From NCBI GenBank assembly GCA_973895155.1, contig OZ316891.1:24117899-24181898 (forward strand): a DNA stretch of 64,000 bases. The letters run 5' to 3'. The notes beneath the pieces are model-generated. The model did no database searches. It was not told the origin of the DNA and saw nothing but the letters and a program-made list of their open reading frames with translations. The translations under genes and the position numbers were made by a program. The stretch comes from Marsupella aquatica (lineage: Eukaryota > Plantae > Marchantiophyta). Of this stretch, positions 35,093 through 46,453 are shown in pieces; position 1 is the stretch's first letter; the number at the start of each line of letters is the position of its first letter.

Positions 35093-38000
35093 TTATTCCT
35101 GATTAAAGTACCTTTTCAACCTATCATGATGCACTCTAGTAGGGAACACCTCTCCTTCAAGAGTAGCAAGCTGAATTGACCCATTAGCATAAACCTGGTG
35201 AACAACATAAGGACCCAACCACCGAGTATGCAACTTGCCTGGAAAATGAGCATACCTACTGTCATAGAGTAATACCAGTTGTCCAGCAAGTAAAGAAGTT
35301 GGCTTCTTCAACTTCTTGTCATGATGTTGCTTCACTTGAGCTTGCTTCTTCTTCACTTGCTTGCTTGCCTCTTCCCGGATTTCCTCCAACTCCTCCAGCT
35401 GGTAAGCTCTCTCCATTAAACTCTGGTCAGCCTCCATTCTCTCCTCCACACTTACCCTCAAAGTAGGCACTTCAAACTCAACAGGTACAAGGGAGTGTTG
35501 TCCAAATACTAGGTAGAAAGGACTATGGCCGGTTGTGGTCTTGAAAGCAAGGTTGTAGGAGTACACAGCTGAGTATAATTTGTCATCCCAATCAGTCTTG
35601 TGTGCCGCCACGGTTTTGTTCAAGATCTTGCCAATGATGCCATTAGCTCTCTCCGTTAATCCATTGGCCTTGGGGTGATAGGGGGTGGTCTTCCTATGCT
35701 TAATCAAGTAATGGTTAGTGAGCTCCTCCACAACTTCATTCAAGAAGTGAGTCCCCCTATCACTAACCAGCTCTAGAGGTGGCCCAAATCTGGTAAAAAT
35801 CTGTTGATACATGAACCTTGCTACTGTGAGAGCATTATCCTTGCTGGTTGGTCTTGCCTCTACCCACTTAGTAGCATAATCAGTTGCAAGAAGGATGTAT
35901 CGATTCCTTCTAGACCTGGTCACAGGAGTGATGGGACCTATGAAATCTATACCCCACTTCTCAAAAGGTGCAAGAGGTAAGATGGTGGTAAGAGGGTGAT
36001 GCCTTGAGTGAGCTGGCTTACCTGTCCTTTGGCAAGGGTCACATCCCCTCACAAAAAGACTTACATCCTTATGAAGTGTTGGCCACCAATACCCTGCATC
36101 AAGAATTTTCCTTGCTGTTGTTGCACTTGCATAATGGCCACCAGCCTCCTCCTCATGCATAGCTCTCATCACAATGGAGATTTCCTTCTTCTCCAAACAC
36201 CTCCTTAGTCTCCCATCAACTCCTTCCTTGTGAAGGACACCCTTCACCAATAAGTAAGGTCTGATTTTTCTCAGGAAAACAGCAGCCTCCTCTTGGTTCA
36301 AATCTCTTGGTAGCCGGGTTGTGAGAAGAAATTGGATGATATCCAAATACCATGTATCTCCTCCACTTCCCACATGAAAGAGGTCTTCATCTGGAAACTG
36401 ATCATCCACCTCCTTCAAGTCCTCTTCTCCTTCAATCCTTGAGAAGAAGTCTGCATTCCCATGCTTCTTACCAGGCCTGACCCTCACCTCATAATCAAAC
36501 TCTTGGAGCAACAAGATCCACCTTGCCACTCTACCAGTTACATCAGGTTTATTCACCATATACTTGAGAGCATTGTGATCAGTATGAAAGACCACCTTAT
36601 AGCCCAACAAGTAGTGCCTAAACTTCTTACAAGAGTAGATGATTCCTAGAGCTTCTCTATCGGTTGGTGAGTAATTCTTTTCAGCTGGTGCCAATAGTCT
36701 ACTTGCAAAGTAGATAGGGTGATCCCTATTCTGGTCATCAAGTTGACTAAGCACCACACCAATACAAAAGCCAGACACATCCACATACACATGAAATTCT
36801 CTACTCCAATCTGGTGCTATCAAGATAGGGGCTTCAACCAACCTGTTCTTCAACTCCTGAAAACTTGCTAGCCTCTCAACTGAGGGTTCAACCTCAGCCC
36901 CCTTCTTAAGCATGCTGGTTAGGGGTAAAGCTACTTTAGCAAAGTCCTTAATGAACCTTCTATAGTAGTTTAAACATCCCAAGAATCCCCTCAACTCTGT
37001 CACTGAAGTTGGAAACTTGACAGCCATCCAAACAGCAACCTTCTCTTGGTCCACTTCTATGCCCTTCTTGGATACCTTGTGGCCAAGTAGTATCCCTTCT
37101 TCCACACCAAAGAAGCACTTCCCTGGGTGAAGCTTCAAACCAACTTCCCTACATCTTTGGAAGGTCATCCTCAAATGTTCAACATGGTCCTTCCCCCTTC
37201 CAAAAACAGCAAAGTCATCTATGAATACTTCCAAGAACTTTCTCAAGTAGTCATGAAAGATATTCATCATCAACCTTTGGAACATACCAGGGGCATTACA
37301 AAGACCAAAAGGCATCCTCCGAAAGGCATAAATCCCCCACTCAGTAGTAAAGGCTGTCTTCAACTGGTCCTCCTTCCTTATCCAAATCTGGTTGTAACCT
37401 GAGTACCCATCTAGGAAGCTATACACTTCCCAACCAGCTACTAAATCAAGTACCATATCAGTAAATGGAATGGGATAGTGGTCCTTCTTAGTGGCCTCAT
37501 TGAGTTTCCTAAAGTCTTGGCAAACTCGGATCTTAGGCTTACCATCCAAGCCTGGTTTCTTTGGTACTATGACAATTGGAGAAACCCACTCACTATTCAA
37601 CACAGGATAGATGAAACCTGCTTCCAGCAATTTGTCTATCTCTTCCTTCACCATCAAGGAGTACTTGGGATTCATCCGATATTGCCTTTGTCTCACAGGT
37701 GAAGCTCCTAGCATCAAGTCGATTCTATGCTCACCAAGTTCAGGGTTTACACCAGTAAGATCCAAGTGACTCCAAGCAAACACATCCACATATTCACCTA
37801 GCAAATCTTGGATAGTTTTCTCTTCACCTGATCCCAGGGCATTTCCCAAGTTGAAGGTCTTGTCTTGCTGGACAGAGATGGTTCTGTACTGCTCAGCTCG
37901 AATCACCTCCATCTTGTTCCTCATTGTGGAGTCAAAAGTGCCCTCAAGTTGTGCCAACCTCATGCCTCCATAGACGGGTGCATTTTCAGCACTTAACTCC

Positions 38001-41000
38001 TCCTTCTCCTTGCTTGAATGCTGGTCTTCCTGAGTCTCATCCTCCTCTGAGTTTGCAGCCTTCAATTGGTCCTCTAGCTCCTTTATCTTGAGCTTTAACA
38101 AGGCTAAGTGCTTAGCCTTTAACCTCTGGTCATTACTCCTTGTCTTGATCTCAACTTGGGCAGCACCCTTGCTGGTCTGATCAACCTCCTGAGCCATTGT
38201 GATAGTGTCTTCTTGGTTGCTCTCCTTGGCTGAGGTCTCAGCCTGCTTCACCTCCTCGAGACTGGTCACTTCACTGAGACTGGGCAGAGGTGAATGGCTG
38301 GTAAGAGCCTCCTGCTCTTGCTCCTCTCCAAACACTTCTTCTTCAGTCCATTGGCTCACCATGTTCAACATGTATACCTCATCCTCATCAGATTCAGATT
38401 TGGTACTCAACTCATCGGAAAGTTCAGAATCATATTCATCCAACTCATCAGTAGTCTCTCCTTGATGCTTGTCATGACCCCATGAAACTGAAGTGGCTGG
38501 TTTGCCAAACCTAAACTCCTTCTTGCCCCAATCAGACACTACTTTGGCTCCATATAGCCAAGGCCTCCCAATCAAGATTGGGTAAGTAGATGGCCTTGCT
38601 GGTCTCATCACCAAGTAATTCAACAAGAACTCCTGCCCCCCAATGAGAGTAGGTACTTGAGTAAGTGTCCCCACCGGTAGCACTCTTGCTCCATTTGCTA
38701 GCCTCATTGTCCTTGCTGTTGGCTGAAGTTTCTTGAAACCTAGTTGTTGGGCAGTAGCCTCAATCATGATATTCACACCTGAGCCTCCATCAACTGGTAC
38801 ATACGAGAGTACACACCCATTTACTTGAACATCAATCTCAGGTGCTCCAAGGTCTTCACAAACCATCATCACATCAGCTGGGGTACCAACCTTTGGAAGC
38901 TTCCTTCTTCTCCTTCCTACCAACATCTCCTTCAGTTGCCTCCTATACAAAGGGTTGTCTTTGATCAGCTGCCCCACTGTAGCAGTAACCAAACAATCTT
39001 TCACATCCTTCTTGATGTCATAAGAGGGTACCTTGCTGGTCTCTTTCTTCTCTTCCACCTCAGCTTTTTCCTTCAAAGCTTTAGCAACCTTCAGGTCTTT
39101 GTTGATGGCCTCTTGATGCTCCTTAGCCTCCATCTCCTCTAGTTGCCTCTTGACTTCCTCATTCACCTTGGGATAGAAGAGCTTCGGATGGTCTCTCTTG
39201 TAGTCACTATCTTCAGCTGGTGGGACTTGAACTTCTGCTCCAACTTCAACTTCGATTGGTGACTCCGTTGAGTGCTCCTTTCTCTCCTTCCTCTTCTTCC
39301 TCTCTTCCACTCTTTCCTTCTTTCTTGTGGACCTGGTAGACACCTTGTAACACACAGCTTCCTCCTCAGGTGTCTCCATTCCTGGTAGATCTGGCTGGTT
39401 CTCCCCACCAGCAACTTGTGTCACTCCATCTTTGGCCTCCTCTTGCCACTCCATACTCAAGAAGTTCACTGTGGCTTCACCGGGAGCCTTGGCAACCGCT
39501 GGTGGTGGTGCTTCTATCCTTCCTATCATCATCTTGGCAGCAGATCCAATAGGACAGTTGGCTGTGGTATGACCCTCCCTTTTGCACACAGCACAAAGAG
39601 GATAGGGAGCTCCTTGTCCCTGCCTCCTTGGTTCGGGGCAACTGTTGGAATAGTGCCCTGGTTTTTGACAGTTCCAGCAGATCACCACGGTAGTTCTTGC
39701 CACTCCCCCAGGTCCTTGAGGTCCCATTTGATCCACCATCCTTGGTTGAAGACCAGGCATCAGTTGAGGTGCCATGGGTGGAGCTGGTCTTCCTTGCAAA
39801 GTTCTTGGGCCTCCTGAAATCTGGTACACCATCTCCGGGGCTTCTTCATAGAAGTAGTCCACCACTTCACTTGCTTGATAAACATCGTTGGACTCTTCAT
39901 TGACATACTGAACTTGATTCCTCCAACCTTGACACTCTTGAGGTGTATGGCCAAAACTCTTGCACTTGACACACCATACATGGGCTCTATTCACCGGCAC
40001 TTTTCTCCTATCAGGTTGCACACCAGCAAAGTGAACTGATAGGGCCTTGAGTTGGTTGGTGATCTCACTCATCTTGTTATCCATCACCTTCTTCTCCTTG
40101 GTTGCTGGTGTAGAACCTTCCACCAAGTTGAAGGTTGCAGATTTGTGGTGCTTACCACCTGGCTTCTTCTTGCTGGCTCTCCTCTTCTGGTCGCTTTTTC
40201 TCTTTGCCTTCTTCTTCTTCTTCTTCTTCTTCTTCTCGGAGTCCTCCTCAGAATCAGATTCTGAATCAGAACTGGAACTACTCTCCTCAGATTCCGACTC
40301 AGAAGTATCCTCAACTGAACTACTTGATTCACTTGAGCTAGAAGAAGAATCACTATAAGCAAATCGCTTCTTCTTTCTCCTACTCTTGGAACTAGAGATC
40401 TCAGCACTCCTATAAGACTGAGCCGCCTCAATGGCCTCATCCAACGTATTAGGGTGAGATTGCCTTACTGAGACACCCATCTTCTTGGGTAGGCTTGCCA
40501 CAAACCAAGCCAACAACATGGAGTCTACTGGTCTGGGGTCAAGCTTGGTAGCTAACCTTTGAAACCTTTGCAGAAACCTCCTTACTGACTCCTTGGATCC
40601 CATTCTGATCTCTCCCATCTTGATCAGAGCTTCCGATTCTTCTCCCACCTTCCTAAACTCCTGCAAGAATGCTAGCTTGAAGGCATCCCAATCATTCTTG
40701 ATGGCATTTGATAGGCTATTGAACCAAGGTCTTGCTTCTCCTCTCAAGACCCCCGCCAAAGTGGTCAACTTAATATCAAACTCTCCATTGGCTTGGGCTG
40801 TCCCAATGAAGTCCTCCAACCAAGCATCAGGATCCTCCTTGGGCTTGCCATGGAATGTCTTGTACTGAAATCTTGCTCTTTGAGTCACCACCATGGCTGC
40901 TTCTTGATCTTCACTTGTGTTGGTAGTGGAAGAAGATGTATCACTCCACCCTACACCAGGTTCCGCTTCAGCTTGCAAATGAATGTCCACCCAATCTGGT

Positions 41001-41071
41001 TGCTCCAACTGGTCACCAAAGTTGAAACTAAGAGAGGCTTCTTTTAGTGCTTGACTCCTTGTAGTGGGCAT
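35093..41071 (-). CDS. Gypsy gag-pol polyprotein (gag, three CCHC knuckles, PR, RT, RNase H, INT)
   Basis: Likely start MPTTRSQ at 41071; CVKCKSFGHTPQEC, CWNCQKPGHYSNSC, CAVCKREGHTTANC; VDGGSG; MPFGLCNAP; FIDD; WGIDF...SDRG...ER; GPY motif; no chromodomain. Confidence 0.97.
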   Translation of the reverse strand: MPTTRSQALKEASLSFNFGDQLEQPDWVDIHLQAEAEPGVGWSDTSSSTTNTSEDQEAAMVVTQRARFQYKTFHGKPKEDPDAWLEDFIGTAQANGEFDIKLTTLAGVLRGEARPWFNSLSNAIKNDWDAFKLAFLQEFRKVGEESEALIKMGEIRMGSKESVRRFLQRFQRLATKLDPRPVDSMLLAWFVASLPKKMGVSVRQSHPNTLDEAIEAAQSYRSAEISSSKSRRKKKRFAYSDSSSSSSESSSSVEDTSESESEESSSSSDSESDSEEDSEKKKKKKKKKAKRKSDQKRRASKKKPGGKHHKSATFNLVEGSTPATKEKKVMDNKMSEITNQLKALSVHFAGVQPDRRKVPVNRAHVWCVKCKSFGHTPQECQGWRNQVQYVNEESNDVYQASEVVDYFYEEAPEMVYQISGGPRTLQGRPAPPMAPQLMPGLQPRMVDQMGPQGPGGVARTTVVICWNCQKPGHYSNSCPEPRRQGQGAPYPLCAVCKREGHTTANCPIGSAAKMMIGRIEAPPPAVAKAPGEATVNFLSMEWQEEAKDGVTQVAGGENQPDLPGMETPEEEAVCYKVSTRSTRKKERVEERKKRKERKEHSTESPIEVEVGAEVQVPPAEDSDYKRDHPKLFYPKVNEEVKRQLEEMEAKEHQEAINKDLKVAKALKEKAEVEEKKETSKVPSYDIKKDVKDCLVTATVGQLIKDNPLYRRQLKEMLVGRRRRKLPKVGTPADVMMVCEDLGAPEIDVQVNGCVLSYVPVDGGSGVNIMIEATAQQLGFKKLQPTARTMRLANGARVLPVGTLTQVPTLIGGQEFLLNYLVMRPARPSTYPILIGRPWLYGAKVVSDWGKKEFRFGKPATSVSWGHDKHQGETTDELDEYDSELSDELSTKSESDEDEVYMLNMVSQWTEEEVFGEEQEQEALTSHSPLPSLSEVTSLEEVKQAETSAKESNQEDTITMAQEVDQTSKGAAQVEIKTRSNDQRLKAKHLALLKLKIKELEDQLKAANSEEDETQEDQHSSKEKEELSAENAPVYGGMRLAQLEGTFDSTMRNKMEVIRAEQYRTISVQQDKTFNLGNALGSGEEKTIQDLLGEYVDVFAWSHLDLTGVNPELGEHRIDLMLGASPVRQRQYRMNPKYSLMVKEEIDKLLEAGFIYPVLNSEWVSPIVIVPKKPGLDGKPKIRVCQDFRKLNEATKKDHYPIPFTDMVLDLVAGWEVYSFLDGYSGYNQIWIRKEDQLKTAFTTEWGIYAFRRMPFGLCNAPGMFQRLMMNIFHDYLRKFLEVFIDDFAVFGRGKDHVEHLRMTFQRCREVGLKLHPGKCFFGVEEGILLGHKVSKKGIEVDQEKVAVWMAVKFPTSVTELRGFLGCLNYYRRFIKDFAKVALPLTSMLKKGAEVEPSVERLASFQELKNRLVEAPILIAPDWSREFHVYVDVSGFCIGVVLSQLDDQNRDHPIYFASRLLAPAEKNYSPTDREALGIIYSCKKFRHYLLGYKVVFHTDHNALKYMVNKPDVTGRVARWILLLQEFDYEVRVRPGKKHGNADFFSRIEGEEDLKEVDDQFPDEDLFHVGSGGDTWYLDIIQFLLTTRLPRDLNQEEAAVFLRKIRPYLLVKGVLHKEGVDGRLRRCLEKKEISIVMRAMHEEEAGGHYASATTARKILDAGYWWPTLHKDVSLFVRGCDPCQRTGKPAHSRHHPLTTILPLAPFEKWGIDFIGPITPVTRSRRNRYILLATDYATKWVEARPTSKDNALTVARFMYQQIFTRFGPPLELVSDRGTHFLNEVVEELTNHYLIKHRKTTPYHPKANGLTERANGIIGKILNKTVAAHKTDWDDKLYSAVYSYNLAFKTTTGHSPFYLVFGQHSLVPVEFEVPTLRVSVEERMEADQSLMERAYQLEELEEIREEASKQVKKKQAQVKQHHDKKLKKPTSLLAGQLVLLYDSRYAHFPGKLHTRWLGPYVVHQVYANGSIQLATLEGEVFPTRVHHDRLKRYFNQE

Positions 41072-41176
41072 GCCACTCACAATCACCTTCTTATCTCCCT
41101 TCTTCTCTTGAACAGCAAACCTGCAAACACACCTCCAAGTCTTGTGGCTCCACTCCAACAAAAACTGTAAAGAGTT

Positions 41177-41195
41177 GTCCCCGGCAGCGGCGCCA
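41177..41195 (-). promoter_or_regulatory. PBS TGGCGCCGCTGCCGGGGAC (Athila-like, tRNA-Asp type)
   Basis: 20 nt downstream of the 5' LTR end on the minus strand. Confidence 0.8.
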
Positions 41196-41215
41196 AAAAC
41201 AAGGGTGGGACTCTA

Positions 41216-44200
41216 TGTCAAACACTTGCCAAGGAGCTTAAGCGGCTTTTCTCCCCAAAAGACTACCTAATACCTGCTCCATGTCATACCAGGGTCACAA
41301 AGGATTGACAAAACTTCTGAAGTGTGCTTACAATGTCCAATCACTCCATACATAAGTAGTTTCAACTCTCCACTTCTAGAGAGGTAGTCCCCTTGACTAC
41401 TTTTGTACTCACCCCTTCCCCTCTCCTCTACTCCAAGGATCAGCAAGGGGGATCTCCGCTCCAAGCTGTCACCTTAGAGTAGATTCTCACACAAACACCC
41501 AAGAACCCAAAGTACTTTCCTCTTCAAGCTTAAGTCTCCTCAAGACCCTCAAAGTAGTGTTACCCCTCAACCTTGCCCCCCTGGCCTTGGTTTGGGTCCA
41601 CACATCCCCTTTGAGCCCTAGAGAAGGCTCCTCTATCTAAGGACTCTTCCTCTTGTTCTTACTTCTTGTTAACACCACACACCAAGCAAAGTACTTTCCA
41701 CCCTCAAGCTATAATCCTCTCTAAGTCTCAAAGTAATGCTATACCTTAACCTTGCCTCCTTGGCCTTGGTTTTGTACTAGCACATCCCCTTCAAGCTTAG
41801 ACCAAGATTATACCATAGCATGGACTCTTCTCTTGCTCTCATATACTTCAAATGCACTCACACTTAATGGTCACAATGAAGATTGGTAAGTCTCCTTTTA
41901 TTGCATCACCTTTACAACAAAAGTTCACTACACATTCTCCACACTAAGCATGGACCACCTCTCCTTTCTCAAGCTTAGCCCTACCTTGGCAAGGTAGAGA
42001 TTTCACTTAAGAGATGAGACTCCCGGTCCCTAACAAATGAAAACTTCCTCCTTATATACTATCTCCTTCCACATCACACCAAGCTTGACCTGGGGTCCAA
42101 CTATACCTCCCCCAAGTCCTCCTAACACACAAAGTCCAACTCTATAGTTCATAGCCCACCCTACTACTTGCTATTTTGCCTCCTTCCAAGCCCTGGAATA
42201 TGCCACACATGAGTGGTATGCTTTGACTTCCAAACCTACTCCCACTTATGGTCCTCCTCACCAGCTTACCAACCCACTTGAAAGCTCGCAAAAAGAGTGA
42301 GTGAGTCTCAAGTTGTGCCTAGTCAAAGTTGGCCTTATTTTACTTGTAACCCCTTTACTACCCTAAGTAAACTACCCCCTATATTTACTTTTCTTAACTT
42401 GATGGCCTTACACCTTTGGCCAAAGGTAAGTACCCTTCTCTAGAGCCTAACTCAAGTGGTATGGGTGCAAGAAAGGTCAGCCCCTAAATCTGGTATTCAT
42501 TCCCCTATGCCGACTTTGGTTTGCAAGTTGTCGGGACTCCCTCGTGGCCTCGGTTAAAAATATATTTGAGTGATTACTTTTCTGGGGTTCCACCTTCACC
42601 AGGGGGTGCCTTATCTTCCCCTAACTCAGCACAAAAAAATTTGGGCCCCAACGGATACCTCTAGCCAAAGTTATGCCCATTCTCCCAAGGCCTGTTTTTG
42701 GTGTAAAGCGGGTGTAAGCGGCGGCCCGATTACACTTACCTTACATGCCCCTTATGGGGATTCCACGTGTCATGAGGGGAGAGCACTCTCATTATACTCA
42801 TGTTTCTTATGAAGAATTTGTAAGGACAGCAATGTTTGCAGCCATTTCTCTCTCGTGAATTCAATCTAAAACCACAGCATTCTCTATTGGATTCTTTCTT
42901 GTGCAGCAGTCCAGCTGATCAGCCGCCAGCCCCTCAATTTCACAGCCACCATAGCTCACAGCCAGCCTAGTCAATTTCGCAGCTAGCCCACCTCTTCAAT
43001 TTTGCCGCTAGCAACACAGTCAATTTCGCAGCTAGCAGCACAGTCACATCAGCGCATTTACAGCACAACAACAGCAGATTTGAAGCACAGCAGCAGCAAC
43101 CATAGCTTGATTCCTTCTCAGTCAAGCAGGTCTCTCTTCTCAATTTCGTAGCTGCCCACCTTTGCAATTTCGCAGCTAGCAGCAGCATCATTCAATTCAG
43201 CAGCATCAAGGCAGCAGCCAGCCAATTCTCATGAGCATCTCGTGCCTGATTAGTAGGAGCACCTCTAATCTAGTGTGCAGCTGTCATAGCAGCAAGCAGC
43301 CTTCCCAATTCAAAGCCAGCAGCGATCCTAATTTGCAGCCATAGCTCTTTTCCTTCTCAGCAGCCATAGCTTCTTCAATCAGCAACAGCCCTTGCTTCTT
43401 CAATCAGCAGCAGCCATTTCAATTCAGCCGCCCTTCCTTCAATTCAGCCGCCCTTGTGCTCAATTGATTCCTCAAGTAATCATGCAGCACCTTTGGACAG
43501 CCTCCCGGTGCTTGACGTCCTCACCAGCCTCGTGCTTGCTCCTCCTTGCCTCGTGCTCGCTCCTCCTTGCCTCGTGCTCGCCGCGTGATCGTCGCCCACG
43601 CGGTTTACACTTAGAAAAAAATACATTTTTTTTTTGGAAAAACAGCATTTTGGGGCGATTTTGGACCCCCCTCCAAAACTCACACATAAGTCCAAAAGGA
43701 CTTCTGAGTAGCTCCACTGATTCTATGGACATAGGACTATGTCCGGGTTTACTAAGATATAAACAAAACCCTATAACAACTTTTCTAAAATTAGGCAAAG
43801 AGGGTCAAGTCTTTATGTCTTCCAAAATTCTTCTCAACTTTGAGATGCTCCCAAAAAGTAACCAAGTGTGACAAAGTTGTCCCACAAGTTTCTAGGGATA
43901 GAGGGGACCATACTTAACCCACTTCCAAACTTGGAACCCCTACATTTACCCATCAGCTATTTTTCCCGGGACCCGCTATTTGGTAACTTTGATTTTTGCC
44001 AAAATACTTATAACTCCTAGGTTAAGACCCCACTTGACTTCATACTTTTTCAGGGTTCCCTAGGGACCTCCCAGCACCCATGGGGGAAATATCAGCCAAA
44101 AATAAGATGTCCGGTGTCGGGTCATTTTTCGGTCCCGACTTAGTCGCCTATTATAACTAAGGACGGACTAGTTTCCTGCCCCTCCTATAGTAACTTGCTT

Positions 44201-44379
44201 ACCCCTAGATAACTTTGCATAACTAAATTCCCTCTTACCTCTACTAAGCTTCCCTTCTTACTTAAGTGCCCTAAACCTAGCTACTCTGATAGCACTAAAA
44301 CTTTTTCCCTAACTATTTCCTCTTCTAAACGAAAGAATGTCATGTTTCTCTACACTAGCTGACACTGAGCCATCCCACA
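41216..44379 (-). repeat. 5' LTR (3,164 bp)
   Basis: TG...CA termini; duplicate of 31889-35052. Confidence 0.98.
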
Positions 44380-45050
44380 CTAGACTTTCAAATTGCACTC
44401 TTCAATGTGCTGGCATGATGTTCAAACACAAAACCAGCAATGAGCTCTGCAATCTCATCGTAGCTTTCTTCTGCAGACATATTCTTCACCTTCTCAATAA
44501 TCATCTCAATGTCATCAGGCAAGTAACATGCACAACTCTTCCAGAAAATCTCTCACTGTCAACTGCAATCAGTGTAGATGTCTCCTTTGTTGTGATAAGC
44601 ATATTGAGGACATCAGCCCCTCGTCGAAAGACATCAATCCGGCCATAATTCACCCAACCAAGACCTCCAGAAGGCAAGGTCTCATAGATGCACAACATCA
44701 AAAAAGGCTTCTTCCACGATTCTGTACCCAATGATATTGTCCAGGAAGAGTTTCCAAAATCTGTCAATGCATGCTCAACAAAAATAGTGTCTAACACCTT
44801 CTCCTGTGATTTTGGTTCAACCATTCTGACTTCCTGAAATCAAGTCCAACAATGCAAAGTCAACTTTGTTTGTTTTTCAAGTTCAGTTGCAGAATTCAGG
44901 TTCATGATTTCATGAAGCAAGGTTCTTACCTTGACAGTGTGAGTCGGAAGTTGAATTTGCAGCGCTTGAGCCTAGACGGTTGTTCCCGCTTAGAAGAGCG
45001 TCACTGGTATTTTTCTCCTTGATTTTGGCTTAGCTTATGTCCTTCACCTC
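44380..45050 (-). pseudogene. 5' part of the ParB-methyltransferase gene
   Basis: Frame ...FEHHASTLKSAI*KS|REILQKAAEK joins across the Gypsy TSD to ORF 31211-31894; GT-AG intron 44834-44929; true start not identifiable. Confidence 0.72.
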
Positions 45051-45139
45051 CCTGGCAGATGCCCGAGCTGATCGACCCCTCCCCACTTAATGTCGTTTGC
45101 AATGTCCTCCCCGATTTGGACCTTGTCTCTTCGGCGATG

Positions 45140-45470
45140 GACCTCCCCTGGCCCTTCGACAGTTTCTCCTCCCCCGGCCTTCGCCAATTTCTTCCTCCCC
45201 TGGCGCTTCAACTATTTCCCCTCCCCCAACCTTTGATGCTTCAGCCCCGTGCCTCGACACTTTTTCCTCCCCCCGCGCCTCGACACTATTTCCTCTCCCA
45301 GGCCTTTGCCAAGTTTGCCTCCCCGAGGCTGGCGCTTCTTCCCCGCGCCCCCGGCTGCACCTCGACAATTTTTCGTCCCTCCCCTGGCCTTCAAGAATTT
45401 CTCCCCCCTCCCCCAAATTTTGCCAATTTCCTCTCCCCAGGCCTTCGACAATCCCCTTCTCGAGCGCAAA
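45140..45470. repeat. Degenerate C-rich minisatellite (TTCCTCCCCC...CCTTCGACAA-like units)
   Basis: Roughly 10 imperfect units of about 25-35 bp; produces several overlapping low-complexity ORFs. Confidence 0.7.
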
Positions 45471-45809
45471 CTTGCACGACAGCTTTTGATCTTGCTGCCT
45501 CCTAACCAAATTTCTTCCAATCCCTTCCATGATTAATCCTCTGTTCCACAACCGATCTGCGCCTCAACAGTCAGGAAATTACAGAGCTGCACCAGATGGT
45601 GGTCCGCCCCCAATTTTCAGTTCCAGTTTAGGGATTCAACCCAACTCCTATTCAGACCACACCAATCACTGAGGGAAGAACACCAAGCATCAGCCCACCA
45701 TAGCTCTTCACCAAGCTTCCTTTCCGTTCGCCCTTTGCAGATGCATGCCCACACTCCAAGCACCTGACAGTCCAATTTGTCTCAAACTTAGCATTTTCTA
45801 ATTTTTGGG

Positions 45810-45885
45810 TTCATGAATTCATGAAGCTTTCGCCACCTTCACTTCAGGAATCCAGGAAGGTCGTAACCCTTCATGAATTCATGAA
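45810..45885. promoter_or_regulatory. Two perfect TTCATGAATTCATGAA palindromes in the divergent intergenic region
   Basis: Exact copies at 45810-45825 and 45870-45885; their function is inferred. Confidence 0.6.
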
Positions 45886-46453
45886 AGGGAATCAAGTATC
45901 ATTTTGAAAGAATCTAGTAAAAAGTCAAAATTTGGGCCCAAAATAACCAATACCATGGGTAAAAGAAATACAAGAAAAACCAAGAAAACCTCTAAAAACA
46001 GAGGTCATAGAAGACATTTTTGGTTGCAATTGAATAGTCTCCAAAAACATGAAAGAAAACATGGGGTAAAAATGACCAATGCATTACTGATACACTATCT
46101 TAAGAGTTTGGCATGAAAACACATGCTTTCAGTAAAAAATAAAATTATGAGAAGACTCACAATATTTTAGGAGAAGACTTCACAGGAATGAATTAACCAA
46201 GTCTCCAAGAACTCTAATGAGTATTAGAAACCTGAAAACATAAGTAAACCTGTGAGATTTGGATAAATAATAAACTATTTTCTCATGAAAGATTTCTTTC
46301 CTTGTCACTAATTACTAATGAAGGGCGTGGCCCTTTTTCTTATTTTATTGCTAATTAAGTTTTTGAGTTATTTCCAAAATCTATAAAAGGGGCTTTGTAT
46401 TCATGACTCTATCTCATTTTGATTTTTCAGTTTGAGTTCATTTGGTGTTCTAG

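Larger units (their letters stand above)
31889..44379 (-). mobile_element. Intact, very young Ty3/Gypsy non-chromovirus (Athila/Phygy-like) LTR retrotransposon, 12,491 bp
   Basis: 3,164-bp LTRs with no difference noticed; TSD CTAGA at 31884-31888 and 44380-44384; PBS, PPT and uninterrupted gag-pol. Confidence 0.98.
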
